DNA of 64,000 bases from a virus (lineage: Duplodnaviria; Caudoviricetes), in IMG/VR virus record IMGVR_UViG_3300009185_000001, positions 1 to 64,000 of that record, one strand, 5' to 3'. A model generated the notes under the pieces. It ran no database searches, was not told the origin of the DNA, and saw nothing but the letters and a program-made list of their open reading frames with translations. Shown in pieces: positions 1 through 9,218 of this stretch. Both the position numbers and the translations under genes were made by a program. How positions within the stretch are numbered: position 1 is the first letter of the stretch; the number at the start of each line of letters is the position of its first letter.

Positions 1-17
1 TAAATTTTAAGAAGTAG

Positions 18-566
18 TTATTGTTCTATTATTTGTTCTATTTTACGAGTATTAAATAATTCGTCCAGTCTTTCCATTGGGTATAATTTGTCTTTTGGAA
101 GATAGTAGTTATTAATATTCAGAGAGGAGAATATTTTAGTTGGTTGTTGTTGCATTATTTTCCTTGTTGTCCATCCAAGAAATTTTATATTAGTTTCAGA
201 GATGTATTCTGCTAGGATAAGAATATCGGAGCATTTATTGATTTCCCATTCTTTTACTAGGAGGTTAAATGCTTTTTGGTATGTTTTAACATCAAGGGTA
301 ACAATTTTACTATCATCTATTTTAATTTTGAAATCTATGTGATTGTCACCTTTTGGTCTAAATTTTAGATCTGGTTCTAGGTTATATTTTTTTCCTAGGG
401 CGATTTCTCCTGCTAGTCCTATGGTTTGTTCTCTATATTTGTCATCTTTATAATATCTTTTTCCTTTCAGGGAATTTTCAGAATTGGGTTTATCCTTTCT
501 GTGGAGGTCTTGTCGTTCCTCGGCTATTTGTCTTGTATTTGATTTTTCGTGCATAATTTTAAACAA
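18..566 (-). CDS. Putative PD-(D/E)XK nuclease-fold protein
   Basis: GEIA...D.HID...LDVKT pattern typical of restriction-endonuclease-like folds. Confidence 0.5.
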   Translation of the reverse strand: MFKIMHEKSNTRQIAEERQDLHRKDKPNSENSLKGKRYYKDDKYREQTIGLAGEIALGKKYNLEPDLKFRPKGDNHIDFKIKIDDSKIVTLDVKTYQKAFNLLVKEWEINKCSDILILAEYISETNIKFLGWTTRKIMQQQPTKIFSSLNINNYYLPKDKLYPMERLDELFNTRKIEQIIEQ

Positions 567-1032
567 TAAACCATTCTGGTGTATTTCCCATCTTCCATTT
601 AGAGAATTCTTTTTTGTCCTTGATATAATAGGTACGATATGCCTTTACCGGATCTTGGTCTTTGTATTCAGGAGGCATTGCTTGGGCGAAGTTTGTCATT
701 TCTCCTTCTGGAATAAAGTTGGCATGATTCCTGCATGTTTGGAAAATAGGATATGATTTGTGTTGCTTTCCATAGCGTCTTGTATATTCTTGGAATAGTT
801 CTTCGGTCATTTCACATAGCCAGTTAAAGTTACTTCTAGTTTGTCGTGTCCACTTGGAACAAGGATGATTCAAATGTGCCATCTTATAAACTCCTTCTAC
901 TGTGTCATTTGAATGAACCCGAATGGCAGTTGAAAGCATTTGGGTATGTTCGAGAATCATTTTCACGCAATGCTTATCGCTATGATATTGAGCAGCTTGT
1001 TTTGGATTGTTTGACAAGATAAAAATATTCAT
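559..1032 (-). CDS. Pyrimidine dimer DNA glycosylase / endonuclease V family (DenV-like)
   Basis: MNIFIL..NP..AAQYHSDKHCVKMILE..QMLST and H.NHPC..W motifs. Confidence 0.75.
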   Translation of the reverse strand: MNIFILSNNPKQAAQYHSDKHCVKMILEHTQMLSTAIRVHSNDTVEGVYKMAHLNHPCSKWTRQTRSNFNWLCEMTEELFQEYTRRYGKQHKSYPIFQTCRNHANFIPEGEMTNFAQAMPPEYKDQDPVKAYRTYYIKDKKEFSKWKMGNTPEWFIV

Positions 1033-1038
1033 GAGTTG

Positions 1039-1067
1039 AGATTACATTGTGAAAACTTTCCCGTCAA
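1039..1067 (-). promoter_or_regulatory. Sigma70-type early promoter
   Basis: TTGACG-N17-TAATCT just upstream of the 1032 start. Confidence 0.6.
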
Positions 1068-1089
1068 GCATAAATATTAAAATAATAAG

Positions 1090-1296
1090 ATGAAAGACCA
1101 AAAAAATTCCAATACATTATCCTTCGAGGAATATTATCAAATCGTAGAAAAAAAAGAAAAATCAAAAAGAGATGCTTGTTATTACAAAGTAAAGGCAAGA
1201 TATAAGGTTTGGCCTTCAGCTTATGGTTCTGGTGCTTTATCAGCTTGCCGTAAGCGTGGAGCTAAAAATTGGGGAAACAAGAGTAAAAATAAATGA
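1090..1296 (+). CDS. Small basic protein with DACY.KVK.RY.VWPSAY.SGAL..CRK motif
   Basis: Motif recalled from T4-like phage proteins; preceded by ATAAATA at 1070-1076. Confidence 0.7.
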   Translation: MKDQKNSNTLSFEEYYQIVEKKEKSKRDACYYKVKARYKVWPSAYGSGALSACRKRGAKNWGNKSKNK

Positions 1297-1345
1297 TAAC
1301 AGAATTTGAAGTTGATAAAACAAAAAAATATAGAGGAATATAAAA

Positions 1346-1621
1346 ATGAAAACATTTAATGAAACATTTGAAATGTTGATGGAAGGGTTTGAGAAGGAAA
1401 AGAAAGAAGGGTTGCATGGTTGGTTTTCAAGAAATCATGGAAAGGGATGGGTAAATTGTAAAAAAAGTAGAAAGGGCCACATAGTACCGTGTGGTAGAAA
1501 AAAGGCAAGCGGTGGTAGTTATCCAGCTTGCAGACCTACACTATCCGCTTGTAATTCAAGAAAAAGATTAAAAAAAGGATCAAAGAGAATATCTTGGAAA
1601 AAAGGCGATAAGACTAAATGA
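1346..1621 (+). CDS. Small basic Cys-rich protein (GL..WF...GW..C...PCGR...YP.CRP)
   Basis: Recurrent phage motif; MKTF..-type N-terminus. Confidence 0.7.
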   Translation: MKTFNETFEMLMEGFEKEKKEGLHGWFSRNHGKGWVNCKKSRKGHIVPCGRKKASGGSYPACRPTLSACNSRKRLKKGSKRISWKKGDKTK

Positions 1622-1995
1622 AAAACAAAGACCAAATATTATTGGAAAGTATTTATAATAAAATTCTTTTAGAAAAAAAAGAAACTCTTTCGATTGACGA
1701 ATTTATCGATAAACGTTCCGCTGGTGCAAAAAAGATTCAGCAACAAGCAGAAGCAAAAGGCGGACCAGCATTATTAACATCTGTACATTTTAAGGCAAAA
1801 GAAAAACCATACGAATACTGTTCAAATAATTTTGATGACATCGAAAATATTACAAAAAAAGCCGATGAAGTATTTGATAAATTAAAGAATTGGAAAGAGA
1901 TGTCCCAAAGAGATTTTCAACATTATATGGGAATGTTAGAAGCATATGGCGAGATTTTTATAAAGATAAAGAAACCGAATAGTTTGGTTAAGTAA
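1618..1995 (+). CDS. Hypothetical protein with shared N-terminal leader
   Basis: ATGA overlap with the previous gene; N-terminus MKNKDQILLESIYNKILLE. Confidence 0.7.
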   Translation: MKNKDQILLESIYNKILLEKKETLSIDEFIDKRSAGAKKIQQQAEAKGGPALLTSVHFKAKEKPYEYCSNNFDDIENITKKADEVFDKLKNWKEMSQRDFQHYMGMLEAYGEIFIKIKKPNSLVK

Positions 1996-1999
1996 TATT

Positions 2000-2263
2000 A
2001 TGCCCTATACAATAAAAAAGAAAAAACAAGGATACAAAGTCTGTAAAAAAACTGGTGGAAAATGCTTTAGTAAAAAACCTCTTACAAAAAAAGGGGCAGT
2101 TGCTCAGATGGGAGCAATTATGTCAAATGAAAATAAAACACCATTAGAACTTCTTTTCATTGAAGCTTGTTGGAACAATTACAAACAAGTTGGAATGAAA
2201 AAGAAAGGAAGTAAAATGGTTCCTAATTGTGTTCTTAAAAAGAAATCAAAGACTAAACGGTAG
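2000..2263 (+). CDS. Small basic protein with EACW..YKQVGMKKKG.KMVPNCV motif
   Basis: Recurrent T4-like phage motif; TAAGTA late-type motif at 1989-1994. Confidence 0.7.
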   Translation: MPYTIKKKKQGYKVCKKTGGKCFSKKPLTKKGAVAQMGAIMSNENKTPLELLFIEACWNNYKQVGMKKKGSKMVPNCVLKKKSKTKR

Positions 2264-2644
2264 GGGATTGTCTTTGTTTTCTGTGATTTGAAATTCTATA
2301 TTAAAGGGTTTCTTAATAGGTCGAATGAAGAAACAATCTGGATGTTTTCCTAAATACTGAAGAGTCACGGGACATAGAGTTCCTTGCATGTCTTTATATT
2401 CATATAAAGCCCAGTCATCGCCCATATCTTCCACTTTTTTAATTTCTATCTGATCATCGAAATTTTTTTCCAATGAGAATTCAATATCGATTCCACGATG
2501 GCTTCCTGCCCATACGCCCTGTTCTTTAAGAACATAATCAATTAGTTCGCTAAAACCTCCTACAAAAGGTTCTTTTTCGATGCTTTTTGAGGCATCATCG
2601 AACATCCACGTTCCACTTTCTTTATAAATTGTTATCGTTTGCAT
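2246..2644 (-). CDS. DUF6717-like protein
   Basis: YKESGTWMFDD....EPFVGG.SE.ID pattern. Confidence 0.55.
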   Translation of the reverse strand: MQTITIYKESGTWMFDDASKSIEKEPFVGGFSELIDYVLKEQGVWAGSHRGIDIEFSLEKNFDDQIEIKKVEDMGDDWALYEYKDMQGTLCPVTLQYLGKHPDCFFIRPIKKPFNIEFQITENKDNPLPFSL

Positions 2645-3110
2645 TGATTTTTGGTGTTAGAATATACTTTCTTATAGCATCTCTATCATCAATGTCAACA
2701 TCAAAATTGTTTTTTATAAAACCAGTAGTAACAAACCTGTCGTATAATCTTGCTCTGTTCTTGTCATTTTTGTTAGCAATAAAATATACATCCTTCACAT
2801 AACGAATATATTGAGTAATAAATTGATTGAAAATATTTATTACTGCACCAAATACTTTTTGAGAAGCTCCTTTTTCGCCAGTATTTAAAATCGACATAGG
2901 GTGTTCTTCATATTCTTCATTTGTATTAGAAAATAAAAAACTGGTTGATTTAGTATCTTTTTGTATAGAAAAGACAACATCATATGTCAATCTACCAATA
3001 CTAAATTCGTAACTTATATCAACTTCTTTTCCCCTATCTTTTAGTGTTTTGTTTATGTTTTCCGGAACATAATCAAATGCTTCTAGATAGAAAAATTCTT
3101 TAAACTTCAT
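2622..3110 (-). CDS. Conserved phage hypothetical protein
   Basis: Overlapping packing; TG..GA..VF..V..I and R.RLY.R motifs. Confidence 0.6.
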   Translation of the reverse strand: MKFKEFFYLEAFDYVPENINKTLKDRGKEVDISYEFSIGRLTYDVVFSIQKDTKSTSFLFSNTNEEYEEHPMSILNTGEKGASQKVFGAVINIFNQFITQYIRYVKDVYFIANKNDKNRARLYDRFVTTGFIKNNFDVDIDDRDAIRKYILTPKINANDNNL

Positions 3111-3775
3111 TCCAACGGACCTTTAAGAGCGTTTTTTAATTCCTTTTCATACCCACCAATTACATCCACAAGAGTTTTTGGAATTTGCATACCTTTCATA
3201 AAGTATAGATATGCACATCTTTTTGCGGTATCTGGATTCGTAGCAATGATTTTTAACATTGGTTCTGGAACTAATTTATTTTTATGAAGATATTCAAGAG
3301 CCTTATCAAGTGCTTCGGGTGCGGTTGGTATTGATGGAGATTGAGCGTATTCAATAGCAGCTTTATCTGCATAATCATCTGCTGTCATTCCTTGTTGTGC
3401 ATTAGCACCTCCTGCTGTTGCTGCTGTCATTGCTGCGGCTGCTCCCATGCTTTTGAGCCAGTTTTCCTGTACAATTGAATAAGCTTCTTTTAAAGAATCT
3501 AAATCATTTTCTTTTTTGCAACATTTTGATCCACAATTACATTTTCCCTTTTTATGTTTCTTAGATTCGGTTATATCATCTCCACCGTCTTCGTCACCTT
3601 CATCTCCACCTTCTACCATATCTCCACCTTCAAAATCTTGAGAGTCTGTAGATGTTGGTTCTTCGGCGGTTATGTCTTCTTCGGTTTCGTCTTTAAAACC
3701 TTCCATATCATCATCTTCTTTTAACAAAATTTTGATATATGCTTCTTCTAAATTTATTTTGTCGGATTTATTCAT
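3107..3775 (-). CDS. Acidic low-complexity protein with shared leader (possible head-internal protein)
   Basis: MNKSDKINLEEAYIKILLKE; second internal copy DLDSLKEAYSIVQE. Confidence 0.65.
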   Translation of the reverse strand: MNKSDKINLEEAYIKILLKEDDDMEGFKDETEEDITAEEPTSTDSQDFEGGDMVEGGDEGDEDGGDDITESKKHKKGKCNCGSKCCKKENDLDSLKEAYSIVQENWLKSMGAAAAMTAATAGGANAQQGMTADDYADKAAIEYAQSPSIPTAPEALDKALEYLHKNKLVPEPMLKIIATNPDTAKRCAYLYFMKGMQIPKTLVDVIGGYEKELKNALKGPLE

Positions 3776-3815
3776 ATTATTTTATGTTTTTTTACAATTT
3801 CGGATCGTCTTTTGA

Positions 3816-5150
3816 TTATGGATTGTAATCTACTGCTATGCTATCCGGTCTTTCGCCAGAAAGTACTTCTCCTCCTCCACCTTTATATAGAAATGGATAC
3901 TTTTCTTTTGGATAGAATTCTTCAAAATACTCTTTTGCAATGCCAGCGTTTAAAAGGTTTTCTATTTGAATTTTATTTTTTCCTATAAACGTCCGCTTTA
4001 GCGCAAGTGCGTTTTTGGGTTCAAAATTTACTAACATCGGGGGAGAACTCCATTGAGGTTCTCCTTCATATCTTGGAACTCTTTTTGCAGTCTCATGGAA
4101 CATTTCACCTTCTACTACGCCTTGAGCAGGTACATATCCATTATATTTATATACAAAAAGTTCTGGCTCTAATAATTTAAATCTTTTATCATATTTATGT
4201 ATTAAATTTTTATTTATACTTTTCTCTCCTTTATATCCATGCCATCCTCCTTTGTTTTTGTTATTAAGCATTTCTTCGTCAAACAATCCCAACTCTATTC
4301 CTCTTTTATTTGCCCAAAAATAACGTTTGTCAGTATATCCTACGAGTTCACCATCTAAAAAGCATTTAAGTCTTTGTGCAAAATAATATAAAAGGGTTAC
4401 TTGTCTACCTTTTGGATCCTCTTTAAGATTTCCATTTTCATATTCCTGTCCCTCCCACATACCGTTTCCTTGTTCATCAAGATCTGTTGCTTCATCATTG
4501 ATATAGTATATCCCATCTATCCATCCATCTTTTACGTCTTCTTCGGGAGTTTCGCCTTCATCTTTTGTTTTGATACTTTGAATAGCTACGTTTTCTGCTC
4601 TATTTCCAAAAACAGGTAAATTTAATAATTTTCTTGCAGTTTTAAATATATCAAAAAGCTCTCTCGACCTTCCGGGAATTGGATTAGGACGTTTTTCTGT
4701 TTTCATCGATCCAAAACTTTTAACTCCATACATATATTGATTATAATTATTAGTGGCTAGCAATTCTTGTGGATTTTCATCTGATGATAAAGTTTTTAAT
4801 ATCATTTCTAGAATTGTACGTGAATCCAGCGTTTCTTTATTATGTTCTAAGTCTGTAATCGGCATACCTGCATCCTTAAATTTTTTTAATATATTAAGTA
4901 TTGCATTAACTGCTTCTAAATTGTTTGGATCAGATTTAAAGAAATCTAACGCGTTTTTTAATGCTTCCTCAAGTAATTTTCGTTCTTGCTCATTCCTTAC
5001 GTTCAATCTTTGAACTTTGCCCGGTGTTATTATTTTTTTTCCATAACCAATTGATCTATTACTGCCGCCATAAGATGCTCTGTCTCTTATCATTTCATTG
5101 AAAACCTTTAAATACGCATTTTCTAATAATATTGTATCTTTATTTCTCAT
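3816..5150 (-). CDS. Hypothetical protein with shared leader
   Basis: 444-aa ORF; MRNKDTILLENAYLKVFNE; GTAAGTA upstream at 5172-5178. Confidence 0.75.
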   Translation of the reverse strand: MRNKDTILLENAYLKVFNEMIRDRASYGGSNRSIGYGKKIITPGKVQRLNVRNEQERKLLEEALKNALDFFKSDPNNLEAVNAILNILKKFKDAGMPITDLEHNKETLDSRTILEMILKTLSSDENPQELLATNNYNQYMYGVKSFGSMKTEKRPNPIPGRSRELFDIFKTARKLLNLPVFGNRAENVAIQSIKTKDEGETPEEDVKDGWIDGIYYINDEATDLDEQGNGMWEGQEYENGNLKEDPKGRQVTLLYYFAQRLKCFLDGELVGYTDKRYFWANKRGIELGLFDEEMLNNKNKGGWHGYKGEKSINKNLIHKYDKRFKLLEPELFVYKYNGYVPAQGVVEGEMFHETAKRVPRYEGEPQWSSPPMLVNFEPKNALALKRTFIGKNKIQIENLLNAGIAKEYFEEFYPKEKYPFLYKGGGGEVLSGERPDSIAVDYNP

Positions 5151-5262
5151 ATATTTTTTTTTATGTATTTCTACTTACCTATTTATTTGTATTTTATATA
5201 TTAAAAAAATGTATTTACATTTTTTAATTAAAGTGGTTACTCTTTAAGATAAATTTTAGCAT

Positions 5263-5502
5263 ATGACAATTAAAGAATTAATTCAGGTGGTTGAAGATGC
5301 ACACGAATTGCTCGTTGCAGATTTTAAATCTGAAACTAAAAAAACACCAAAAGATGACGATTTACTCCTTCATGTTAAAACGCTTTATAAACAAGGATTG
5401 GAAAATACAATCTTAGAAGAGTTGTTTTTAGATGATTTTAATTGTCCAGAAGACTTTGAAAAACTCGTTTTAGTATGTGCTGCTAAATTAAAATCTTCTT
5501 AA
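5263..5502 (+). CDS. Hypothetical protein
   Basis: ORF fills an intergenic gap; TTTACA-type promoter upstream. Confidence 0.6.
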   Translation: MTIKELIQVVEDAHELLVADFKSETKKTPKDDDLLLHVKTLYKQGLENTILEELFLDDFNCPEDFEKLVLVCAAKLKSS

Positions 5503-6187
5503 AGTATCCTGAAAAACTTTCCAAGGAAAGATCAGTATCTACGAGCTTTGCTTTATAGTCATAAAGATTTTTGATATATCCACTATGTCTTAAATTTTTA
5601 AAAACTAAATTTCCAATTGAAAATTCTCCATCAGTTTCTAATCCCACTTTTCTGAGATTTTTTATCTCATCTCGTATTTCTTTTAATTCTTCTAAAGAAA
5701 CTTTATTTTCAATCGCATTATCTATAATAGATTGCATTTCTTTTGTTTTTTTCAAAACTTCAGAATTGTTTAACGTTATTTCAGAATGAACAGGCGTTAC
5801 CAACCATTTACCTTTCTGCAAATCATAAACCGCTTTATCTTTTAATAGATCTTCTTTTTCTTTAAGATTAACTTCTACAGGATATCCCTTTATAAAAATG
5901 TCATGTTCTTTATTATATAGCTTACTTTTAACATCGAAGTAGTCCTTTATTGTAAGTTCATCACAATATCCATCTTCAATAGAAACTATGATATGCAAAT
6001 CCCAATCGCTTTCATCTGTCCATTCATAAGTGCAAAGAGATCCCGTAAGAAAAATATTTTTAATTTCTATAGGAGCTTCGATAGTATCTAAAAAGTCTTG
6101 CGAAATCGAAAGAAGTTTCTTTTTTATAGGATCATATAGATTGTTTCTAACATCCCATATTAATGGATTTAATTTTTTAGATTCCAT
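5483..6187 (-). CDS. Pol-beta superfamily nucleotidyltransferase
   Basis: LTGSL...W...SDWDLHI (GS + DxD) and a later E in PVEV. Confidence 0.8.
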   Translation of the reverse strand: MESKKLNPLIWDVRNNLYDPIKKKLLSISQDFLDTIEAPIEIKNIFLTGSLCTYEWTDESDWDLHIIVSIEDGYCDELTIKDYFDVKSKLYNKEHDIFIKGYPVEVNLKEKEDLLKDKAVYDLQKGKWLVTPVHSEITLNNSEVLKKTKEMQSIIDNAIENKVSLEELKEIRDEIKNLRKVGLETDGEFSIGNLVFKNLRHSGYIKNLYDYKAKLVDTDLSLESFSGYFKKILI

Positions 6188-6257
6188 GATTTTATGAATT
6201 ATAATTTATATTTATATTTAAACTGTATTTAAAATTATTAAATATTAATAATATTTT

Positions 6258-6488
6258 ATGACAATACTTAATTTTAAGTATATATTTGCAATTGTAGCAT
6301 TGTTAACATTTTTCAGTTTAGTTATATATAATATTATAGGAAAAACCGATTGTTTCTGGAATATATTCTATTCATTGGGAATTGGAAGTCTTGTTATATC
6401 AATAGCATCATTTTTATTTTTATATATAGGAAATAAAATATTTTTAAATTCAAGTTTTAAAAAAACCAATAAAAAAATTAATTATTGA
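6258..6488 (+). CDS. Small membrane protein (2 TM)
   Basis: Two hydrophobic stretches. Confidence 0.55.
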   Translation: MTILNFKYIFAIVALLTFFSLVIYNIIGKTDCFWNIFYSLGIGSLVISIASFLFLYIGNKIFLNSSFKKTNKKINY

Positions 6489-6511
6489 AATATTATTGAT
6501 TTGTATTAATT

Positions 6512-6718
6512 ATGATTATGGAAGAAATAAAATCACCTGAATTAATAGAAGAACACATTTATTTAGTTACTAGTAAAGACAAAGATGAGCAAGGAAATTC
6601 TTTGGTAGAAATTGCTCAGTTTAGAAAAAACAAATTTTGGTTTTTTGGTTGGGAAGTTCCGGAACCTGTTGAAAAATTTGAATCTTGCAAAGAATTAGTA
6701 TTTGGAATAAAGGAATAA
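6512..6718 (+). CDS. Hypothetical protein
   Basis: Co-directional ORF with protein-like composition. Confidence 0.55.
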   Translation: MIMEEIKSPELIEEHIYLVTSKDKDEQGNSLVEIAQFRKNKFWFFGWEVPEPVEKFESCKELVFGIKE

Positions 6719-6777
6719 AATGATGTAAGTATATTTAAATAGTTTTTTTTAATTGATGGTTGTAAATATATAAACAT

Positions 6778-7017
6778 ATGAGTAAAACAATAACACTAAG
6801 ACCCGCACAAACAGTAACAGTAGAAGAAGTAAAAATTCTTGCCGTTAGAGATCTTTTTGAAGAAAAAAAGATCATTGCTCGCATTAAAGATCTTCCAGTA
6901 GGAGTTATCCTTTGGGAAGGCGACGAAGAATATGCAGCAGCTTCTAATTGGACAAATGAATCTGCACAAGCAAGAGTCGAAGAACTTTTGAATTCTGATT
7001 CTTTGAAGTTTGTTTAA
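6778..7017 (+). CDS. Hypothetical late protein
   Basis: GTAAATA at 6762-6768; balanced composition. Confidence 0.65.
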   Translation: MSKTITLRPAQTVTVEEVKILAVRDLFEEKKIIARIKDLPVGVILWEGDEEYAAASNWTNESAQARVEELLNSDSLKFV

Positions 7018-7020
7018 ATT

Positions 7021-7050
7021 TGATGGTATCGAAAATATTTGATACCATTA
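7021..7050. terminator. Stem-loop downstream of the 7017 stop
   Basis: TGATGGTATC-N10-GATACCATTA inverted repeat; no clear U-tract. Confidence 0.4.
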
Positions 7051-7070
7051 AGAATAAAGCCAAATTTTTA

Positions 7071-7240
7071 CGTACACGGTTCTCGCCGTAGTAAACAATT
7101 AGGCTCTCTGGATGAAAACTTGGAAGAGTTAGTAGTCCCCTGCGATTAAGAACGGTGCTTCCACACTGTTGGGATCGTTGGTATTTCTAGCCGTAGTTCT
7201 TTTTGTATTCTTGGACGCATAATACAACCCAACAGGCTAC
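7071..7240. ncRNA. Candidate structured non-coding RNA
   Basis: About 45% GC (77/170 counted) with no ORF of 60 aa or more; several potential helices, e.g. 7166-7173/7228-7235 and 7203-7209/7221-7227. Confidence 0.3.
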
Positions 7241-7256
7241 TTTTTAAAAAAAGTAA

Positions 7257-7284
7257 TTGACATATATATTATTTCCTGTAATAT
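7257..7284 (+). promoter_or_regulatory. Sigma70-type early promoter
   Basis: TTGACA-N16-TAATAT. Confidence 0.65.
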
Positions 7285-7305
7285 TAGCCCCCTAACCCAA
7301 AAATT

Positions 7306-8412
7306 ATGGCTATATTCAACGAAAAGGAAAAACAAAAATTAATCGACTTTGCTATTTCTCTCAGAAAAGAGGGAAAGACAAATACTGAAATTTCAACATT
7401 ATTGAACATTCCTCGTTCAACACTATTTGGTTGGATTGGTGGAAGCACTAAAAAAATTATCATCGAAGAGACTATTACAACAGATGAAAACGATTTGTTC
7501 AATGTTAATTCTCTTCAAAGTTTATACAACAACATTCAAAGCAAGGATGAAACTATTCTAAAATTTATTGAGAATATTAAGCCTATTAGTTATCCTGCTC
7601 CTGTCAGGAGTAAAGTTTCTCAATCTCCAAATAAAATTGCAGTCGTTATTGGTGATCTTCATTTCGGAATGGAGCATCAACCCACTATTGAGATTTTTTA
7701 CCAAGTAGTTTCTGATTTGAAACCAGAAAAGGTAATTCTCAATGGAGATACTCTTGATATGTTTGCTATTAGCAAATATCCAAAGGACGCTCGACATTTT
7801 CAGTCCCTATCAGATGAACAACAAAGGTATCATAAATTTTTGAAAATTCTTCATGATATTACAGTTGATTGGGATTGTGAAATTCTAGAAACGAATGCAA
7901 ATCATTCTGGAAATAGTCAAGAAGGTCGTTATTGGCGGTACATTAGCCAAGGAATTGGAACTCTTGCTTGTCTTCCAAGGGTTCAAGAACTATTGAGCTA
8001 TCAGAATGTATTTTTCCCACAAGAAGATTGGTGCAGGATTAAACTGGTCGATAGTGTAATTCTACCAACAAATCTCATCGTTCAGCATGGAACGGTTGTA
8101 CGGAAACATGGAGGAATGTCTGCTAGGGGAGAATTTGAAAAGATTCTTGCATCGACATTGACTAATCATACTCATCGATTTGGCTGTTCTTCTCAGCGTT
8201 TTCCTTCTGCTGGTCATCGAGAGGAACAAACATTTGTAAACTATGAGAATGCCTGTGCCTGTAGGTTTGATGTTGATTATGTTCAAAACGCAAACTGGCA
8301 AAATGGATTTGCTGTTGTGAATTATACAGATAATACGATTGGCGTTGAACAAGTTGTTGTTCATGGAAACAAGGCTACCGTTTGTTCATTGAATAAAACT
8401 ATAAGGGTTTAA
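7306..8412 (+). CDS. HTH + calcineurin-like metallophosphoesterase
   Basis: N-terminal HTH (NTEISTLLNIPRSTLFGW); GDLH, GDTLD, NH and HTH motifs. Confidence 0.8.
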   Translation: MAIFNEKEKQKLIDFAISLRKEGKTNTEISTLLNIPRSTLFGWIGGSTKKIIIEETITTDENDLFNVNSLQSLYNNIQSKDETILKFIENIKPISYPAPVRSKVSQSPNKIAVVIGDLHFGMEHQPTIEIFYQVVSDLKPEKVILNGDTLDMFAISKYPKDARHFQSLSDEQQRYHKFLKILHDITVDWDCEILETNANHSGNSQEGRYWRYISQGIGTLACLPRVQELLSYQNVFFPQEDWCRIKLVDSVILPTNLIVQHGTVVRKHGGMSARGEFEKILASTLTNHTHRFGCSSQRFPSAGHREEQTFVNYENACACRFDVDYVQNANWQNGFAVVNYTDNTIGVEQVVVHGNKATVCSLNKTIRV

Positions 8413-8457
8413 TTTTTTTAATACTATTATATCCAATCTAGTGTAAATAGTTTGGAT

Positions 8458-8622
8458 ATGATAACAAACGAATTAACACTCTTAACAAACATTGATAATA
8501 AATTAGGTCAGATAGTAGATAGATTAAACAATACTACAATAACAGAAACCAATCCAGAAATAGAAACTGAGGAATCAGAAGTAAATTCTAACTCAAGATT
8601 ACTATTGGAAGTAATAGTTTAA
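8458..8622 (+). CDS. Small hypothetical protein (54 aa, not in the ORF track)
   Basis: MITNELTLL...LLEVIV; GTAAATA at 8443-8449; abuts the next gene. Confidence 0.55.
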   Translation: MITNELTLLTNIDNKLGQIVDRLNNTTITETNPEIETEESEVNSNSRLLLEVIV

Positions 8623-8623
8623 T

Positions 8624-9193
8624 ATGAAAATATTATTGCTTCCAATAGTTTCTTTCTTTTTACTGAGTTGTACTGTTTACACAGAAAAACAATCGGAAGC
8701 ATTGTCAAAAACTGTATATGCTGCCAAAGATTCATTGGATTCTGCTAGATTGGATTTAACAGATAACTATCTTACAGAAGCATCCCGAATAGTTCGTCCT
8801 CCGAAGGAAAGAATTGAAATCAAGTCTATATATAAATCTTCTACTATAGAACAAGGCAAAAAAAGAGTTTTGGTCGTTCCTGAAAAATATAAAAATGATA
8901 CAGTAATTGTAGTAAGCTCGATTGAATATGATCAGCTTTTAAAAGACAAAGAAGTATATAAGCAGATACAAGAAGATAATACAAGACTAATAGAAACTAA
9001 AAAAACCGTAGACGAAGAATTAATTAAACAACAAGAATATAATAATAAGATGGTTAAAGATCTTAATAATATGCAAAGAAAGCTAGTGGAAAAGGATCTT
9101 GCCATATTACAAAGAAATATTGTTATTGCATTACTGAGTTTGATTATAGCATTTGGTATTTATATTAGATTCAAAGGTGGTTTAGTATTTTAA
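8624..9193 (+). CDS. Lipoprotein with C-terminal TM; candidate unimolecular spanin
   Basis: Lipobox LLSC at residues 13-16, coiled-coil body, C-terminal TM; adjacent to holin and endolysin. Confidence 0.55.
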   Translation: MKILLLPIVSFFLLSCTVYTEKQSEALSKTVYAAKDSLDSARLDLTDNYLTEASRIVRPPKERIEIKSIYKSSTIEQGKKRVLVVPEKYKNDTVIVVSSIEYDQLLKDKEVYKQIQEDNTRLIETKKTVDEELIKQQEYNNKMVKDLNNMQRKLVEKDLAILQRNIVIALLSLIIAFGIYIRFKGGLVF

Positions 9194-9218
9194 TCCTCGT
9201 ATAAACTAAGTAGTTTAT

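Noticed and set aside
7100-7130. Hammerhead ribozyme core
   Set aside because: CTGGATGA does not match CUGANGA, and no correctly placed GAAA/UH stems were found
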